From an uncultured Verrucomicrobiae bacterium (lineage in GTDB: Bacteria > Verrucomicrobiota > Verrucomicrobiia > Limisphaerales > JAFGQR01), in NCBI GenBank assembly GCA_963788655.1, contig CAWBHS010000072.1, positions 32,001 through 96,000 on the forward strand: a DNA stretch of 64,000 bases, read 5' to 3'. Position 1 is the first letter of the stretch; each line of letters begins with the position of its first letter. The translations under genes were made by a program, and so were the position numbers. Of the stretch, positions 1 to 10,518 are shown piece after piece. The notes under the pieces are model-generated. The model was not told the DNA's origin. It made no database searches and saw nothing but the letters and a program-made list of their open reading frames with translations.

Positions 1-118
1 TTAGTGAAATTACCGCATCGTTGCAGCCGCTTTGACGGCGCTTTGTCGGTCGTTATTAACGGGGGCGAAGCGGCTGGCCAATGGGTGAGACTTGCCGCAA
101 ATTACTCATTGGAATCAC

Positions 119-270
119 TTATGAAATTGAATAATTAACAGATACATACAGATGGAAGTGCAAATCAGCAAATAACATCATGTCGGCGTATATGCAAAAT
201 ATGTATAATACTGGCCAAGTCACGGTGAGCCTAATTATTCCAAACGATACAATTTGTTTTCGTGAACTTT
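119..270 (+). promoter_or_regulatory. AT-rich upstream control region of the hdr-mvh operon
   Basis: Markedly AT-rich island in a GC-rich window. Perfect TATAAT at 204-209, but no convincing -35. Confidence 0.3.
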
Positions 271-390
271 GGATGTTGCTGTCCGAGTTCGGAACACGGC
301 TAAAACTGTTGGGGCGCGTGGCTGCGTAGCGGTCGGAACGGAACGCTCCCATCGCCCGGGCACGTCGCCAGGCGGTAAATCGAAGATTCT

Positions 391-972
391 ATGATGGAAA
401 TAAAACGCACGATCAAATACGAGGCCGACCGGATTCCGGGCTTTGGCCGGGAAGTCATGAGCGTGCCGGGGTGCGAGGAATTGGAACACTGCATCCAATG
501 CGGCACCTGTTCCGGCGTCTGCCCGATGAGCATCTACATGGATTACACCCCGCGCCAGGTCATGGAGTTGACCCGCTCCGACTTCAAGGATGACGTGCTT
601 AGGAGTCACACCATCTGGCTGTGTGCCTCGTGTTACGCCTGCACGACGGAGTGTCCCAAGCAGATCCGCATCACGGACATCATGTATGAATTGAAGCAGC
701 GTGCCATCAAGGAAGGGGTGTACCCGAAGCGTTTCCCCATTCCGGTATTGGCGCAGGAGTTTTCCAAAATGGTCAAGAAGAACGGCCGCATCACCGAGAT
801 GCTCCTGGTGATGAAGCTCTTTATGAAGACCAATCCGCTGGCGGCCATGGGCAATTGGCGCATGGGCATCGACCTGATGAAGACCGGACGGTTTTCACTC
901 GCCACCGAACGGATGGAGCGGCGCGAGGATTTGGCCCGGATGATGGACGTGGTGGATGCGGAATCGAAATAA
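391..972 (+). CDS. hdrC: Heterodisulfide reductase subunit C (2x[4Fe-4S])
   Basis: Ferredoxin motifs CIQCGTCSGVCP and WLCASCYACTTECP; immediately upstream of hdrB. Confidence 0.92.
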   Translation: MMEIKRTIKYEADRIPGFGREVMSVPGCEELEHCIQCGTCSGVCPMSIYMDYTPRQVMELTRSDFKDDVLRSHTIWLCASCYACTTECPKQIRITDIMYELKQRAIKEGVYPKRFPIPVLAQEFSKMVKKNGRITEMLLVMKLFMKTNPLAAMGNWRMGIDLMKTGRFSLATERMERREDLARMMDVVDAESK

Positions 973-983
973 GGCTCTGACGT

Positions 984-1853
984 ATGAAATACTCCTATTT
1001 TCCCGGTTGTTCCCTCAAAGGTTTGGGTCGCGCGTACGAAGAATCGTTGTTGCCGGTCATGAAACACCTGGGGGTGGAACTGAACGAGCTCCCGGATTGG
1101 AACTGCTGCGGCGCCACGGCGTACATGTCGGTGGACGAAGGCAAGGCCTGCGTGCTGGCCGCGCGCAACCTGGCCATCGCCGAAAAGCATGGCGACCTCC
1201 AACTCATGGCGCCGTGCAGCGCGTGTTACTTGGTGCTCAACAAAACCAAGCACAACATTCAGGACTATCCGTCCATGAAAACCATCGTGGACAAAGCCCT
1301 GGCCGCGGTCCATTTGAATTACAGCGGCAACACCCCCGTGCGGCACCCGCTGGACGTGCTGTTCAACGACATTGGCTTGGAGGCGATCAAACAGAAAGTA
1401 ACCCAGCCGCTCAAAGGACTGAAGGTTGCCCCGTATTACGGTTGCCAGATTGTCCGGCCGTACGCGACCTTTGATGATCAAAATAATCCCACCACGATGG
1501 ACCGGTTGCTCGAAACGTTGGGCGCCACGGTGATCAAGTTCCCGCTCAAGACCAAGTGTTGTGGGGGCAGTCTGACCGGCACGGTGCCGGAAGCTGGACT
1601 CAAGCTGGCTTACATCATTCTGAACGAAGCCAAAAAGCGTGGCGCCGACGTGATTGCCACCGTCTGTCCGCTGTGCCAATTCAACCTGGACGGCTATCAC
1701 GATCTGATCGAATCGCAGTTCGATGCCGCGCGCGTTCCGACCGTGTATTTCAGTCAACTGATGGGCTTGGCATTTGGAATGCCGGCCCGGCAACTGGGCC
1801 TGCAGCGGTCGGCTGTCCCCATGAAACCTCTGGCCCAAGCGGTGCCGGCTTAG
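984..1853 (+). CDS. hdrB: Heterodisulfide reductase subunit B (CCG domains)
   Basis: YFPGC, WNCCG, PCSAC, YYGC, KCCG and CPLCQFNLD make up two CCG domains. Confidence 0.93.
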   Translation: MKYSYFPGCSLKGLGRAYEESLLPVMKHLGVELNELPDWNCCGATAYMSVDEGKACVLAARNLAIAEKHGDLQLMAPCSACYLVLNKTKHNIQDYPSMKTIVDKALAAVHLNYSGNTPVRHPLDVLFNDIGLEAIKQKVTQPLKGLKVAPYYGCQIVRPYATFDDQNNPTTMDRLLETLGATVIKFPLKTKCCGGSLTGTVPEAGLKLAYIILNEAKKRGADVIATVCPLCQFNLDGYHDLIESQFDAARVPTVYFSQLMGLAFGMPARQLGLQRSAVPMKPLAQAVPA

Positions 1854-1893
1854 GCGAAAAACGAACTTTGGATTCTCCGAACCCAGAAAGATA

Positions 1894-3930
1894 ATGACGA
1901 TGGACAAGCAGCAGAACGAGGACATCCGGATTGGTTTTTACGTCTGCCATTGCGGACACAACATTGCCGCTATGGTCGATTGTGTCGCGGTAGCTCGAGT
2001 ACGTCGGATAGTTTGCCGGGCGTGACCTTGTCGCGGGACTATAAATACATGTGCTCCGATCCGGGGCAGGAACTCATCCAGAAGGACATCAAGGAGTTCA
2101 AGCTCAACCGGGTGGTGGTGGCTTCCTGTTCGCCGCTGCTGCACGAACACACGTTCCGCGGCGCGGTCGAAGCTGGCGGCTTGAATCCGTTCTTCTTTCA
2201 CATGGTCAACATCCGCGAGCACGACTCGTGGGTCCACACCGATCGGGGGGAAGCGACCGAAAAGGCCAAAGCCCTGGCCCAAGCCGCCATTCAACGCGTG
2301 GCCAAACACAAATCGCTCGAGGTGAAAAGAGTCCCCATCCATCCCGACGTGTTGGTGGTGGGCGGCGGCATCGCGGGCATTCACGCGGCGATGACCATTG
2401 CCAATTCGGGCAAGAAGGTTTACTTGGTCGAACGCGAACCATCCATTGGCGGGCACATGGCGAAGTTTGACAAAACGTTTCCAACGCTCGATTGCGCCGC
2501 TTGTATTCTCACGCCGAAAATGTCCGCGGTGGGTTCGCACCCGAACATCACCCTGATGTCCTATTCCGAAGTTACGAAGATGGACGGTTACGTGGGCAAT
2601 TACACCGTCACGGTGAAGCGCAAGCCGCGCTACATCATCGAAGATCTTTGCACGGGTTGCCAGGAGTGCATTGCCAATTGCGTTTACAAGGAGCCCAAGT
2701 TTACCGACGAATTCAACGAGGGCCTGGGCAAACGCCGTCCGGTGTATATCCCGTTCCCGCAAGCCACGCCGCAGGTGGTGCTCATCGATCCCGAAGTCTG
2801 CCTGAATTTCAAACGCGGCACCAAACCCGGTGAGGCTCCGGTTGTCGGTGACAAATGCAAGAAAACCTGTGTCGAAGCCTGCGGTGAAAAGAACGCCATC
2901 GACTTCACGCAGAAGGAAACGTTCGAGGAAATCAAGGTTGGCGCGATCATCGTGTCCACCGGTTTCAAGACCTTCGAGGCCAAGCGCAAGCCCGAATACG
3001 GTTACGGCATTTACCCGAACGTCTATACGGCGTTGGAGATCGAACGGTTGGTCAACGCCTCCGGACCGACGGGCGGCGACGTGATCATGCGCGACGGCAA
3101 GGAACCGAAGTCCGTTGGCATCATCCATTGCGTCGGCAGCCGCGATAAACAGACCAATCGCTGGTGTTCGCGCGTGTGCTGTATGTATTCCATGAAGCTG
3201 GCTCACCTGCTCAAGGAGCACACCGGCGCGGAGATTTACAACTTCTACATCGACATCCGGACCCCGGGGAAGAGTTACGAAGAGTTCTACGACAAAATGC
3301 TGGAGGAAGGCGTGCATTTCATCCGTGGCCGCGTCGGCGAAGTCACCGACTGGGCGATGACCAAGGAAGAGGAAGGCAAACTGGTCATCCGCGTGGAAGA
3401 CACGCTGGCCGGACATCGTCCGCCGCATTCCGGTGGATATGGTGGTGCTTTCCACCGGCTTGGAACCGCAAAGCGATGCCCAGGACGTCCGCCGCCTGTT
3501 TAACATGAGCTGCGGCTCGGAAGGCTTTTTCCTGGAGCGCCATCCGAAGCTCGCTCCGGTGAACACCTTCAACGATGGTATCTACATTGCCGGAGCTTGT
3601 CAGGGACCGCGCGACATCCCGGACACCGTGGCGCAAGCCGGCGCGGCCGCCGCCGAGGCTATGGCAATGATCGACAAGGGCCACATCGAGCAGGAGCCGA
3701 ACACGGCGTTTGTGCTGGCCGAAGAATGCTCGGGCTGCAAATCCTGCATTCCGCTCTGTCCCTACACGGCGATCACTTTTGACGAAACCAGTGAAACCGC
3801 CACCATCAACGAGGCGCTCTGCAAGGGCTGTGGCACTTGCGTCGCCGCCTGCCCCTCGGGTTCGATTGCGCAGAACCTGTTCGATGACGAAGAAATCTTC
3901 AGCGAAATCGAGGGAGTCCTCGCACGGTAA
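1894..3930 (+). CDS. hdrA: Heterodisulfide reductase subunit A (FAD, Fe-S); interrupted by apparent single-base insertions near 1996, 2007 and 3413
   Basis: IGFYVCHCG N-terminus from ATG 1894, VLVVGGGIAG, DKTFPTLDCAACILTPKM, IIHCVGSRD...CSRVCC and C-terminal ferredoxin motifs. Pieces lie in three frames (ORFs 1950-3503 and 3433-3930). Confidence 0.92.
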
Positions 3931-3937
3931 GAAATTT

Positions 3938-4492
3938 ATGAATGCTGCCGCCCAATCTCCTCAAGCCAACGGTTCATGGAAACCACGTATCGTGGCGTTT
4001 TTCTGCAACTGGTGTACCTACACTGCCGCCGACCTGGCCGGGGTGTCGCGCCTCAAATACGCCGCCAACACGCGTGTCATCCGGTTGATGTGCTCCGGGC
4101 GCGTGGATCCGCAATTCGTCCTGGATGCGCTGGCGAAAGGTGCCGACGCCGTGCTGATCGGCGGCTGCCATCCGCTCGACTGTCATTATTCGGAGGGGAA
4201 TTACAAATGCCTGCGCCGCTATGAAATGATGAAGCGGATGCTTCAGGAGATGGGCATCGAACCAGAACGTCTCCGCCTCGAATGGATTAGCGCCGCCGAG
4301 GGCGAAAAGGTCAAACGCGTCATCAACGAAATGACGGAAACCATCCAGAAACTCGGCCCCCTTGGCATTCCGCAGAAAGTGGCCGAGTGGGACCAGGAAC
4401 TGGAACAACTGGCGCAGGCGGTCCAAGCCCAGGACACTGAACAAGGACCGTGCGCCGCTCACTCACAAGATACGGAGGCCGTTCATGCCTAA
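3938..4492 (+). CDS. mvhD: Hydrogenase iron-sulfur subunit delta (MvhD/FlpD)
   Basis: IVAFFCNWCTYTAADLAG, MCSGRVD, GGCHPLDCHY and RLRLEWISAAEG motifs. Confidence 0.92.
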   Translation: MNAAAQSPQANGSWKPRIVAFFCNWCTYTAADLAGVSRLKYAANTRVIRLMCSGRVDPQFVLDALAKGADAVLIGGCHPLDCHYSEGNYKCLRRYEMMKRMLQEMGIEPERLRLEWISAAEGEKVKRVINEMTETIQKLGPLGIPQKVAEWDQELEQLAQAVQAQDTEQGPCAAHSQDTEAVHA

Positions 4493-5471
4493 GCCCAAAG
4501 TTGCCTTTTATTGGTGCGCCTCGTGCGGAGGTTGCGAAGAAACCGTGGTGGACCTCGCCGAAGACATTCTCGGCGTGGTCGAGAAAGTTGACATTGTCCT
4601 TTGGCCGGTAGCAATGGATTTCAAATACAAAGATGTCCAGGCCATGCCCGACAAATCCATTACCGCTACCCTGCTCAATGGCGCCATTCGTTCCACCGAA
4701 CAGGAAGAAATGGCACGCTTGCTGCGACGTAAGAGCCAGTTTCTGTTGGCTTACGGCTCCTGCGCCCACACCGGCGGCATTCCCAGCCTGGCCAACCAGT
4801 TTTCGCGCGAACAAATGCTCAAATTCGTCTACGAGGAATCACCGTCCACAGTGAACGAACAAAAAGTGCGGCCGCAAGCCAGTTTCTCCGAGCACGATCG
4901 CACCGTGAAACTGCCCACGCTGCACAACGTCGTCCGTTCGCTCGATCAGGTGGTTGACGTGGATTACTACGTTCCCGGGTGCCCGCCCACTCCCAAGATC
5001 ACCAAGACCGCCATCACGGCGTTGCTCGAAGGCAAACTGCCACCCAAAGGTTCGGTCATCGCGCCGGACACCGCGCTTTGCGACGAATGCCCGCGCAAAG
5101 CCACCAAACCCAGTACTTGGGACTACACGCAATTCGTGCGGCCGCATCAGAAGTTGCTCGATCCGGAGAAATGTTTCCTCGCCCAGAACGTGATTTGCAT
5201 GGGCCCGGCCACGCGGAGCGGTTGTGAAGCCGCCTGTACCACCGGCGGCATGCCATGCACCGGCTGCTTTGGTCCCACCTCACGAGTGCGCGACCAAGGC
5301 GCCAAGATGCTGTCGAGCCTTTGCTCGAACATTGCGGCCAAGGAAGCGGAAGGCATCAACCAAACGCTGGACACCATCCCGGATCCCGTTGGCACCTTCT
5401 ATCGCTACGGATTGGCGAAGAGCATTCTGCGCCGCAAAATCAATCTCCCCACCAACGGAAACGGACACTAA
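4485..5471 (+). CDS. mvhG: Group 3c [NiFe] hydrogenase small subunit
   Basis: WCASCGGC, GSCAHTGGIP, VPGCPP, CFLAQ..CMGPATRSGC..C..GGMPCTGCFGP. Confidence 0.9.
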   Translation: MPKPKVAFYWCASCGGCEETVVDLAEDILGVVEKVDIVLWPVAMDFKYKDVQAMPDKSITATLLNGAIRSTEQEEMARLLRRKSQFLLAYGSCAHTGGIPSLANQFSREQMLKFVYEESPSTVNEQKVRPQASFSEHDRTVKLPTLHNVVRSLDQVVDVDYYVPGCPPTPKITKTAITALLEGKLPPKGSVIAPDTALCDECPRKATKPSTWDYTQFVRPHQKLLDPEKCFLAQNVICMGPATRSGCEAACTTGGMPCTGCFGPTSRVRDQGAKMLSSLCSNIAAKEAEGINQTLDTIPDPVGTFYRYGLAKSILRRKINLPTNGNGH

Positions 5472-5481
5472 ACGCCGACCT

Positions 5482-7011
5482 ATGCAAAACGAAGTCAAAC
5501 AAGCGTTCAACCAGGGCGCCGCCCGCGCCAACGCGGCCTATCAGGCCAAACGCCGCAACGTCACGATCGATCCCATTACCCGCCTCGAGGGCCATGGCAA
5601 GATCGACATCTTCCTCGATGACAAAGGCGATGTCGAACGCGCTTACATGCAAGTGCCCGAATTGCGCGGCTTCGAAGTGTTCAGCCTCGGCCGACCGGCG
5701 GAAGACATGCCGCAGATCACCAGCCGAATTTGCGGCGTATGTCCGACGGCGCATCACATGGCGGCGACCAAAGCGTTGGATGACCTGTACGAAATCGAGC
5801 CCACGTCAGCGGGCCGGAAGATTCGCGAGTTGGTGTATAACACCTTCATGCTCGAAGACCACGCCTTGCACGTCTTCGTGCTGGGCGGGCCTGATTTTAT
5901 CGTGGGACCGGAAGCCCCACCGGCGGAGCGGAACATTGTGGGCGTGATCCAGAAGGTCGGCCTCGAAGCCGGCAAGAAAGTCATTGGTACCCGTCGTCGC
6001 CTGCGCGAATTGATCAGTTACTTCGGCGGCAAGGTGGTGCATCCCGTAATGGGCCTGCCCGGCGGCGTGAGCAAGGCGCTCAAAGAAGAAGACCTGCCGA
6101 AATTCAAGGAACTGGCCAAGGATGGTGTCGAGTTCGCCGAATGGTCGCTCCAAGTGTTTAAGGACATCGTGTTGGCGAACAAGGACTACGTGAACATGAT
6201 CACGTCCGACGCCTTTACTCACCAGACTTGTTACATGGGCATGGTGGATGAGCAGAACAAGGTGAATTTCTACGACGGCAAACTGCGCGTCGTGGACTGC
6301 AACGGCAAGGAAGTCTGCAAGTTTACCGCGCAACAATATCGCGACTTCGTGGGCGAACACGTCGAACCGTGGAGTTACATGAAGTTCACGTTCCTCAAGC
6401 AACGCGGCTGGAAGGATTTCACCGAAGGTGCGGACACCAGTATCTACTCCGTCGCCCCGCTGGCCCGCCTCAACGTCGCCGACGGCATGGCCACGCCCAA
6501 GGCGCAGGCGGCTTACGAAGAATTCTTCAAGATCCTCGGTGGCAAACCGGTGCATCACACGCTGGCCAACCATTGGGCGCGCGTGATCGAAATGATTTAC
6601 GCCGCGGAACGAATCGAGCAATTGATCAATGATCCGGAAATCACCAGCCCGGAGATCCGGCAGGTTCCCACCGCGGTGCCGCGCGAAGGGATGGGCGTGG
6701 TCGAAGCGCCGCGCGGGACGCTGTTCCATCACTACCAGACGGACGAACGCGGCTTGATCACCATGGCCAATTTGATTGTGGCCACGGGCAACAACGCCGC
6801 CCGCATTGCCATGAGCGTCGAGCGGGCCGCCAAAGGCCTGATTAAAGGCGGCCATGTGACCGAAGGATTGCTCAACAAAGTGGAAATGGCTTTCCGCGCT
6901 TACGATCCGTGTCTCGGCTGCGCGACACATTCGTTGCCTGGCCAAACGCCGTTGTCGGTGAAAATCTACAATCACGACCACCAGCTCGTGCAAGAGTTGC
7001 GGCAGGGATGA
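5482..7011 (+). CDS. mvhA: Group 3c [NiFe] hydrogenase large subunit
   Basis: IDPITRLEGHG; L1 motif SRICGVCP; EAPRG; L2 motif FRAYDPCLGCATH followed by a cleavable C-terminal tail. Confidence 0.93.
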   Translation: MQNEVKQAFNQGAARANAAYQAKRRNVTIDPITRLEGHGKIDIFLDDKGDVERAYMQVPELRGFEVFSLGRPAEDMPQITSRICGVCPTAHHMAATKALDDLYEIEPTSAGRKIRELVYNTFMLEDHALHVFVLGGPDFIVGPEAPPAERNIVGVIQKVGLEAGKKVIGTRRRLRELISYFGGKVVHPVMGLPGGVSKALKEEDLPKFKELAKDGVEFAEWSLQVFKDIVLANKDYVNMITSDAFTHQTCYMGMVDEQNKVNFYDGKLRVVDCNGKEVCKFTAQQYRDFVGEHVEPWSYMKFTFLKQRGWKDFTEGADTSIYSVAPLARLNVADGMATPKAQAAYEEFFKILGGKPVHHTLANHWARVIEMIYAAERIEQLINDPEITSPEIRQVPTAVPREGMGVVEAPRGTLFHHYQTDERGLITMANLIVATGNNAARIAMSVERAAKGLIKGGHVTEGLLNKVEMAFRAYDPCLGCATHSLPGQTPLSVKIYNHDHQLVQELRQG

Positions 7012-7556
7012 GGACGCCGATAAATGAAATTCTCGTGCTCGGTTTGGGTAACGACATTCTGACCGATGATGCCATCGGTTTGAATGTCGTCCGCCAACTG
7101 CGCACGGACTTGGCGGATTGCGAGGGGGTCGAGGTCGAGGAAACGATGGAAATGGGCCTGGCGCTTTTGGATTTTATGGTGGGCTACCGGGAGGTGATCA
7201 TCGTGGATTCCATCCAGACCGGCAAGGTGGCACCCGGAACCATTCAGCAGGTGAACGTCAACGATCTCGCCTGCCAAACTCAACGCACCCCTCACTTCCT
7301 GGGCGTGGGCGAAACGCTGGCTCTGGGACGTCTGCTGGGGTTGCAGATGCCTGAACAGGTGACGATTTTCGGCGTAGAAGTCGAAGACCCTTTCACCCTG
7401 GGAACCGAGATGACCACCACGTTGCAGGGCGCATTGTCTAGCGTGGTTGCAGCAGTATCCGACGCGGTCCAGAGCAGACTCAAACGGCTCAGACCTGAGC
7501 ATTCAGAGGTGGGAGTGCGTTCGTCGCGGGAATTGGCAGCGACGGTCTGCCCTTGA
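7008..7556 (+). CDS. Hydrogenase maturation protease (HyaD/HycI family)
   Basis: LVLGLGNDILTDDAIG, IIVDS and TPH motifs; ATGA overlap with mvhA. Confidence 0.88.
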   Translation: MRTPINEILVLGLGNDILTDDAIGLNVVRQLRTDLADCEGVEVEETMEMGLALLDFMVGYREVIIVDSIQTGKVAPGTIQQVNVNDLACQTQRTPHFLGVGETLALGRLLGLQMPEQVTIFGVEVEDPFTLGTEMTTTLQGALSSVVAAVSDAVQSRLKRLRPEHSEVGVRSSRELAATVCP

Positions 7557-7690
7557 TCTACGATCGATCAGGAACCGTCTTCCTCTTGGTTGTCCCCGGA
7601 AATTTGGACAATTCACCTAGGGCAGCAGATTTGTCGTAGCTTTGCTTTCTAAGCGTTTGCTCAAGGAACTGGACGGATAGCCGCCAGGTT

Positions 7691-7767
7691 TTGGAGTGCG
7701 GCAGTCCTCTGCCGCTTTCGAACGCACGGCCCCTTATCGAAAGCGGCAGAGGACTGCCGCACTCCAA
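7691..7767. repeat. REP-like perfect inverted repeat, 31-bp arms with a 15-nt spacer
   Basis: TTGGAGTGCGGCAGTCCTCTGCCGCTTTCGA (7691-7721) and its exact reverse complement (7737-7767), between convergent operons. Confidence 0.85.
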
Positions 7768-7794
7768 GACGCTGGCGCGCCATCATTGCCCCCA

Positions 7795-7831
7795 AAAGCA
7801 ACCAGCGCCAGTTCCGTAGAACTGGCGCTGG
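7795..7831 (-). terminator. Probable intrinsic terminator of glnK-amtB
   Basis: Hairpin CCAGCGCCAGTTC-cgta-GAACTGGCGCTGG about 25 nt after the amtB stop, with a short T-rich tract on the minus strand. Confidence 0.55.
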
Positions 7832-7855
7832 CGTGCATGTAACGAAGGTCGGAAT

Positions 7856-9290
7856 CTATCGTTCCGCCAACGGCTGGAAGTTTGGATAAGCTTCGTTGCC
7901 GTGTTCGCCAATATCCAGACCTTCGACCTCTTCCTCCGGTTCGACGCGAATCCCCATGGCGGCCTTGATGATGAACCACACGACCAAGGAGGCCGCCAGC
8001 GTGAACAGCCCTACCAATACCACTCCTTTGAGTTGGATGAAAAACTGGGTCATCCGACCGGCGATCTCGAAACCCGCGACAGCTTTCGAAATGGCGGCGT
8101 TGCCAAACAATCCCAGCGCCAGCGTTCCCCAAATCCCATTGACCAAGTGAACCGAGAGCGCCCCCACCGGGTCGTCGATTTTGATCTTGTCAAAGAACAA
8201 GACGGAGAGCACCACCAGGACGCCGGCCACGGCGCCAATCGCGATGGAGCTGGGCACGGTCACAAACGCGCAAGGCGCTGTGATGGCCACCAAGCCCGCC
8301 AGGCAGCCATTGAGGATCATCGACAAGTCCGGTTTCCCCAGCATGATCCAGGCGGTGAACATCGAGGTGATGATGGCAGCCACAGCGGCGGAATTGGTCG
8401 TTACGAACACGTGGGAAATAGCCGAGCCGTCGCCGACACCCATGGTCGAGCCGGGATTGAACCCAAACCAGCCCAACCAAAGAATGAATACGCCCAAGGT
8501 CGCCAGCGGCAGGCTGTGCCCCGGAATCGGATGGACCTTACCCTGCCGGTCGAATTTTCCGCGGCGCGGTCCCAGGACCAGCACCCCCGCTAGTGCCGCC
8601 CAACCGCCCACCGAGTGAACGACCGTGGAACCGGCAAAATCATAAAACGGTTTCTCAGCGCCACCAAGAAAACCGCCGCCCCAAATCCAGTGACCGGTAA
8701 TCGGATACAGTACCGCCACCAAAATGAAACTGAAGATTACAAACGGTCCGAATTTGATGCGCTCGGCCACCGCTCCGGAAACAATCGTGGCGGCGGTGCC
8801 GGCAAACACGAGCTGGAAGAAGAACTTCGCCAGCAGCGGTACGCCCGTCCAGTTGATTGATTTATAGGCTCCTTGATACGCGTCGCCGGTGAGCGGGACT
8901 GTTATCGGCGCCCAGCAGGCCGAACAATCCCTCGGTTCCCATGAAGCCGGAGCTGCCGTTACCGAACATCAAACCCCAGCCAATCACGTAAAAGGACAGC
9001 GAGGCGCAGGCAAAGACCACGAAGTTCTTGGCGAGGATGTTCACCGCAGTTCTTGCTGCGGCACAGACCGGACTCCACACAGGCAAAACCGGTGTTCATG
9101 AAGAAGACCAGGGCGCCGGCCAGCAGCACCCAAAGGGTGTCCACGGCCACGCGCAGATTGCCCGTGGTGCTGGTCAGTTCGGCTACGGCATCTTTGGCGG
9201 GCGCCGCGGCTTCCGCCGCGGACTGCCCGTCAAGCTGAAGGAGCCCAGGGCCAGGGTTAACAAAACATAAAAGAGAACGTTTTTTTTCAT
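7856..9290 (-). CDS. amtB: Ammonium transporter; apparent indels near 9225, 9047 and 8890
   Basis: Signal peptide [72 protein letters not shown]. Adjacent to a PII gene. Confidence 0.9.
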
Positions 9291-9336
9291 AGACGTTTAG
9301 AGTTGGTGGTTCGTGTTGAGAATGGATTTGAGGCGC

Positions 9337-9675
<339 letters not shown>

Positions 9676-9911
9676 TTATGATAACATTAAGTTTTGCTGT
9701 TCATTTGATTGACGGAGACTTCTTGATTGACCAAGACCAGTGGAATTACTTCCGAGAACCGCACTCACGACCGCCGGACTGGCCGGCATATTCTGATAAC
9801 TGGTTCGGTGAGAGTTGCGACTGGTGTCCCACCTCAACGGCATCTCGCAATCCGCAACCCGCCATCAAAAGCACTGATCGGTTGAATTCGGTTTGTCACT
9901 GCAATCCTTTA

Positions 9912-9927
9912 AGCAGCAGGGATACCA
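9912..9927 (-). promoter_or_regulatory. sigma54 (-24/-12) promoter of glnK-amtB
   Basis: Minus strand reads TGGTATCCCTGCTGCT (GG-N10-GC). glnK-amtB is a classic sigma54 target. Confidence 0.6.
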
Positions 9928-10398
9928 ACGTGGTAAAACATTTCGCAAATGATTTGTATGCCCTTAACGATGAGTGGTTTGTGATGGCTTATATTTTATC
10001 GCAATATCCGCGATGCGCTGTTGCATTTTGATCACGCTTGTTGTTCTTAGCCAGAGTGGTTGGGTGAGCGACGATGAGTTTTGGAAGGTGGACGGCAGAC
10101 AATGAACCGCATGCCAAGGCGACGTTAACCGGGACGATGGTGCTCCCTATTCGTTGGTGATCAGCCCCAGCGCGCTCGTGCCGGTGGCATCTCAAAGAAA
10201 GTTGGGGGAGATCGATTTGCTGACCGTGCCCGCCTTCGCGAAGCGTTTGGACGGCGCTAACCGTGCTCCCGCTTTTATTGGATATGGCACGAACAAAGAA
10301 GGCAGTGGCCCCAAGGATTTGGCCGGCTTTCCCCAGCCATGAGTGCCGGCAAGCCGGTTGCGCTCGAACCGCTGGCAAGACTCATCCCCGGACGTTCC

Positions 10399-10518
10399 AA
10401 CGTGCTGCCGGCATCCTGCCGGCAGTTTTGGAATGGGGCGTTCGATGCTAGTACGCTGTGCGACGTTTCGAGCGGCCTTCCTGCATTCAGTCTGCCGGCA
10501 AGATGCCGGCAGCACGTT
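10399..10518. repeat. REP doublet (inverted pair of short hairpin elements)
   Basis: CGTGCTGCCGGCATCCTGCCGGCAG (10401-10425) and CTGCCGGCAAGATGCCGGCAGCACG (10492-10516), directly after the stop of the giant protein. Confidence 0.75.

Noticed and set aside
1..390. Rex or Fur operator, or a tmRNA 5' end (GGGGGCG at 61), upstream of hdrC
   Set aside because: No adequate match to the operator palindromes, and no tRNA-like continuation or 3' end for tmRNA.
391..7011. Selenocysteine recoding in Hdr/Mvh
   Set aside because: The positions that are Sec in some homologs (HdrA DCAAC, MvhD CNWC/GCH, MvhA DPC) are ordinary Cys codons here.
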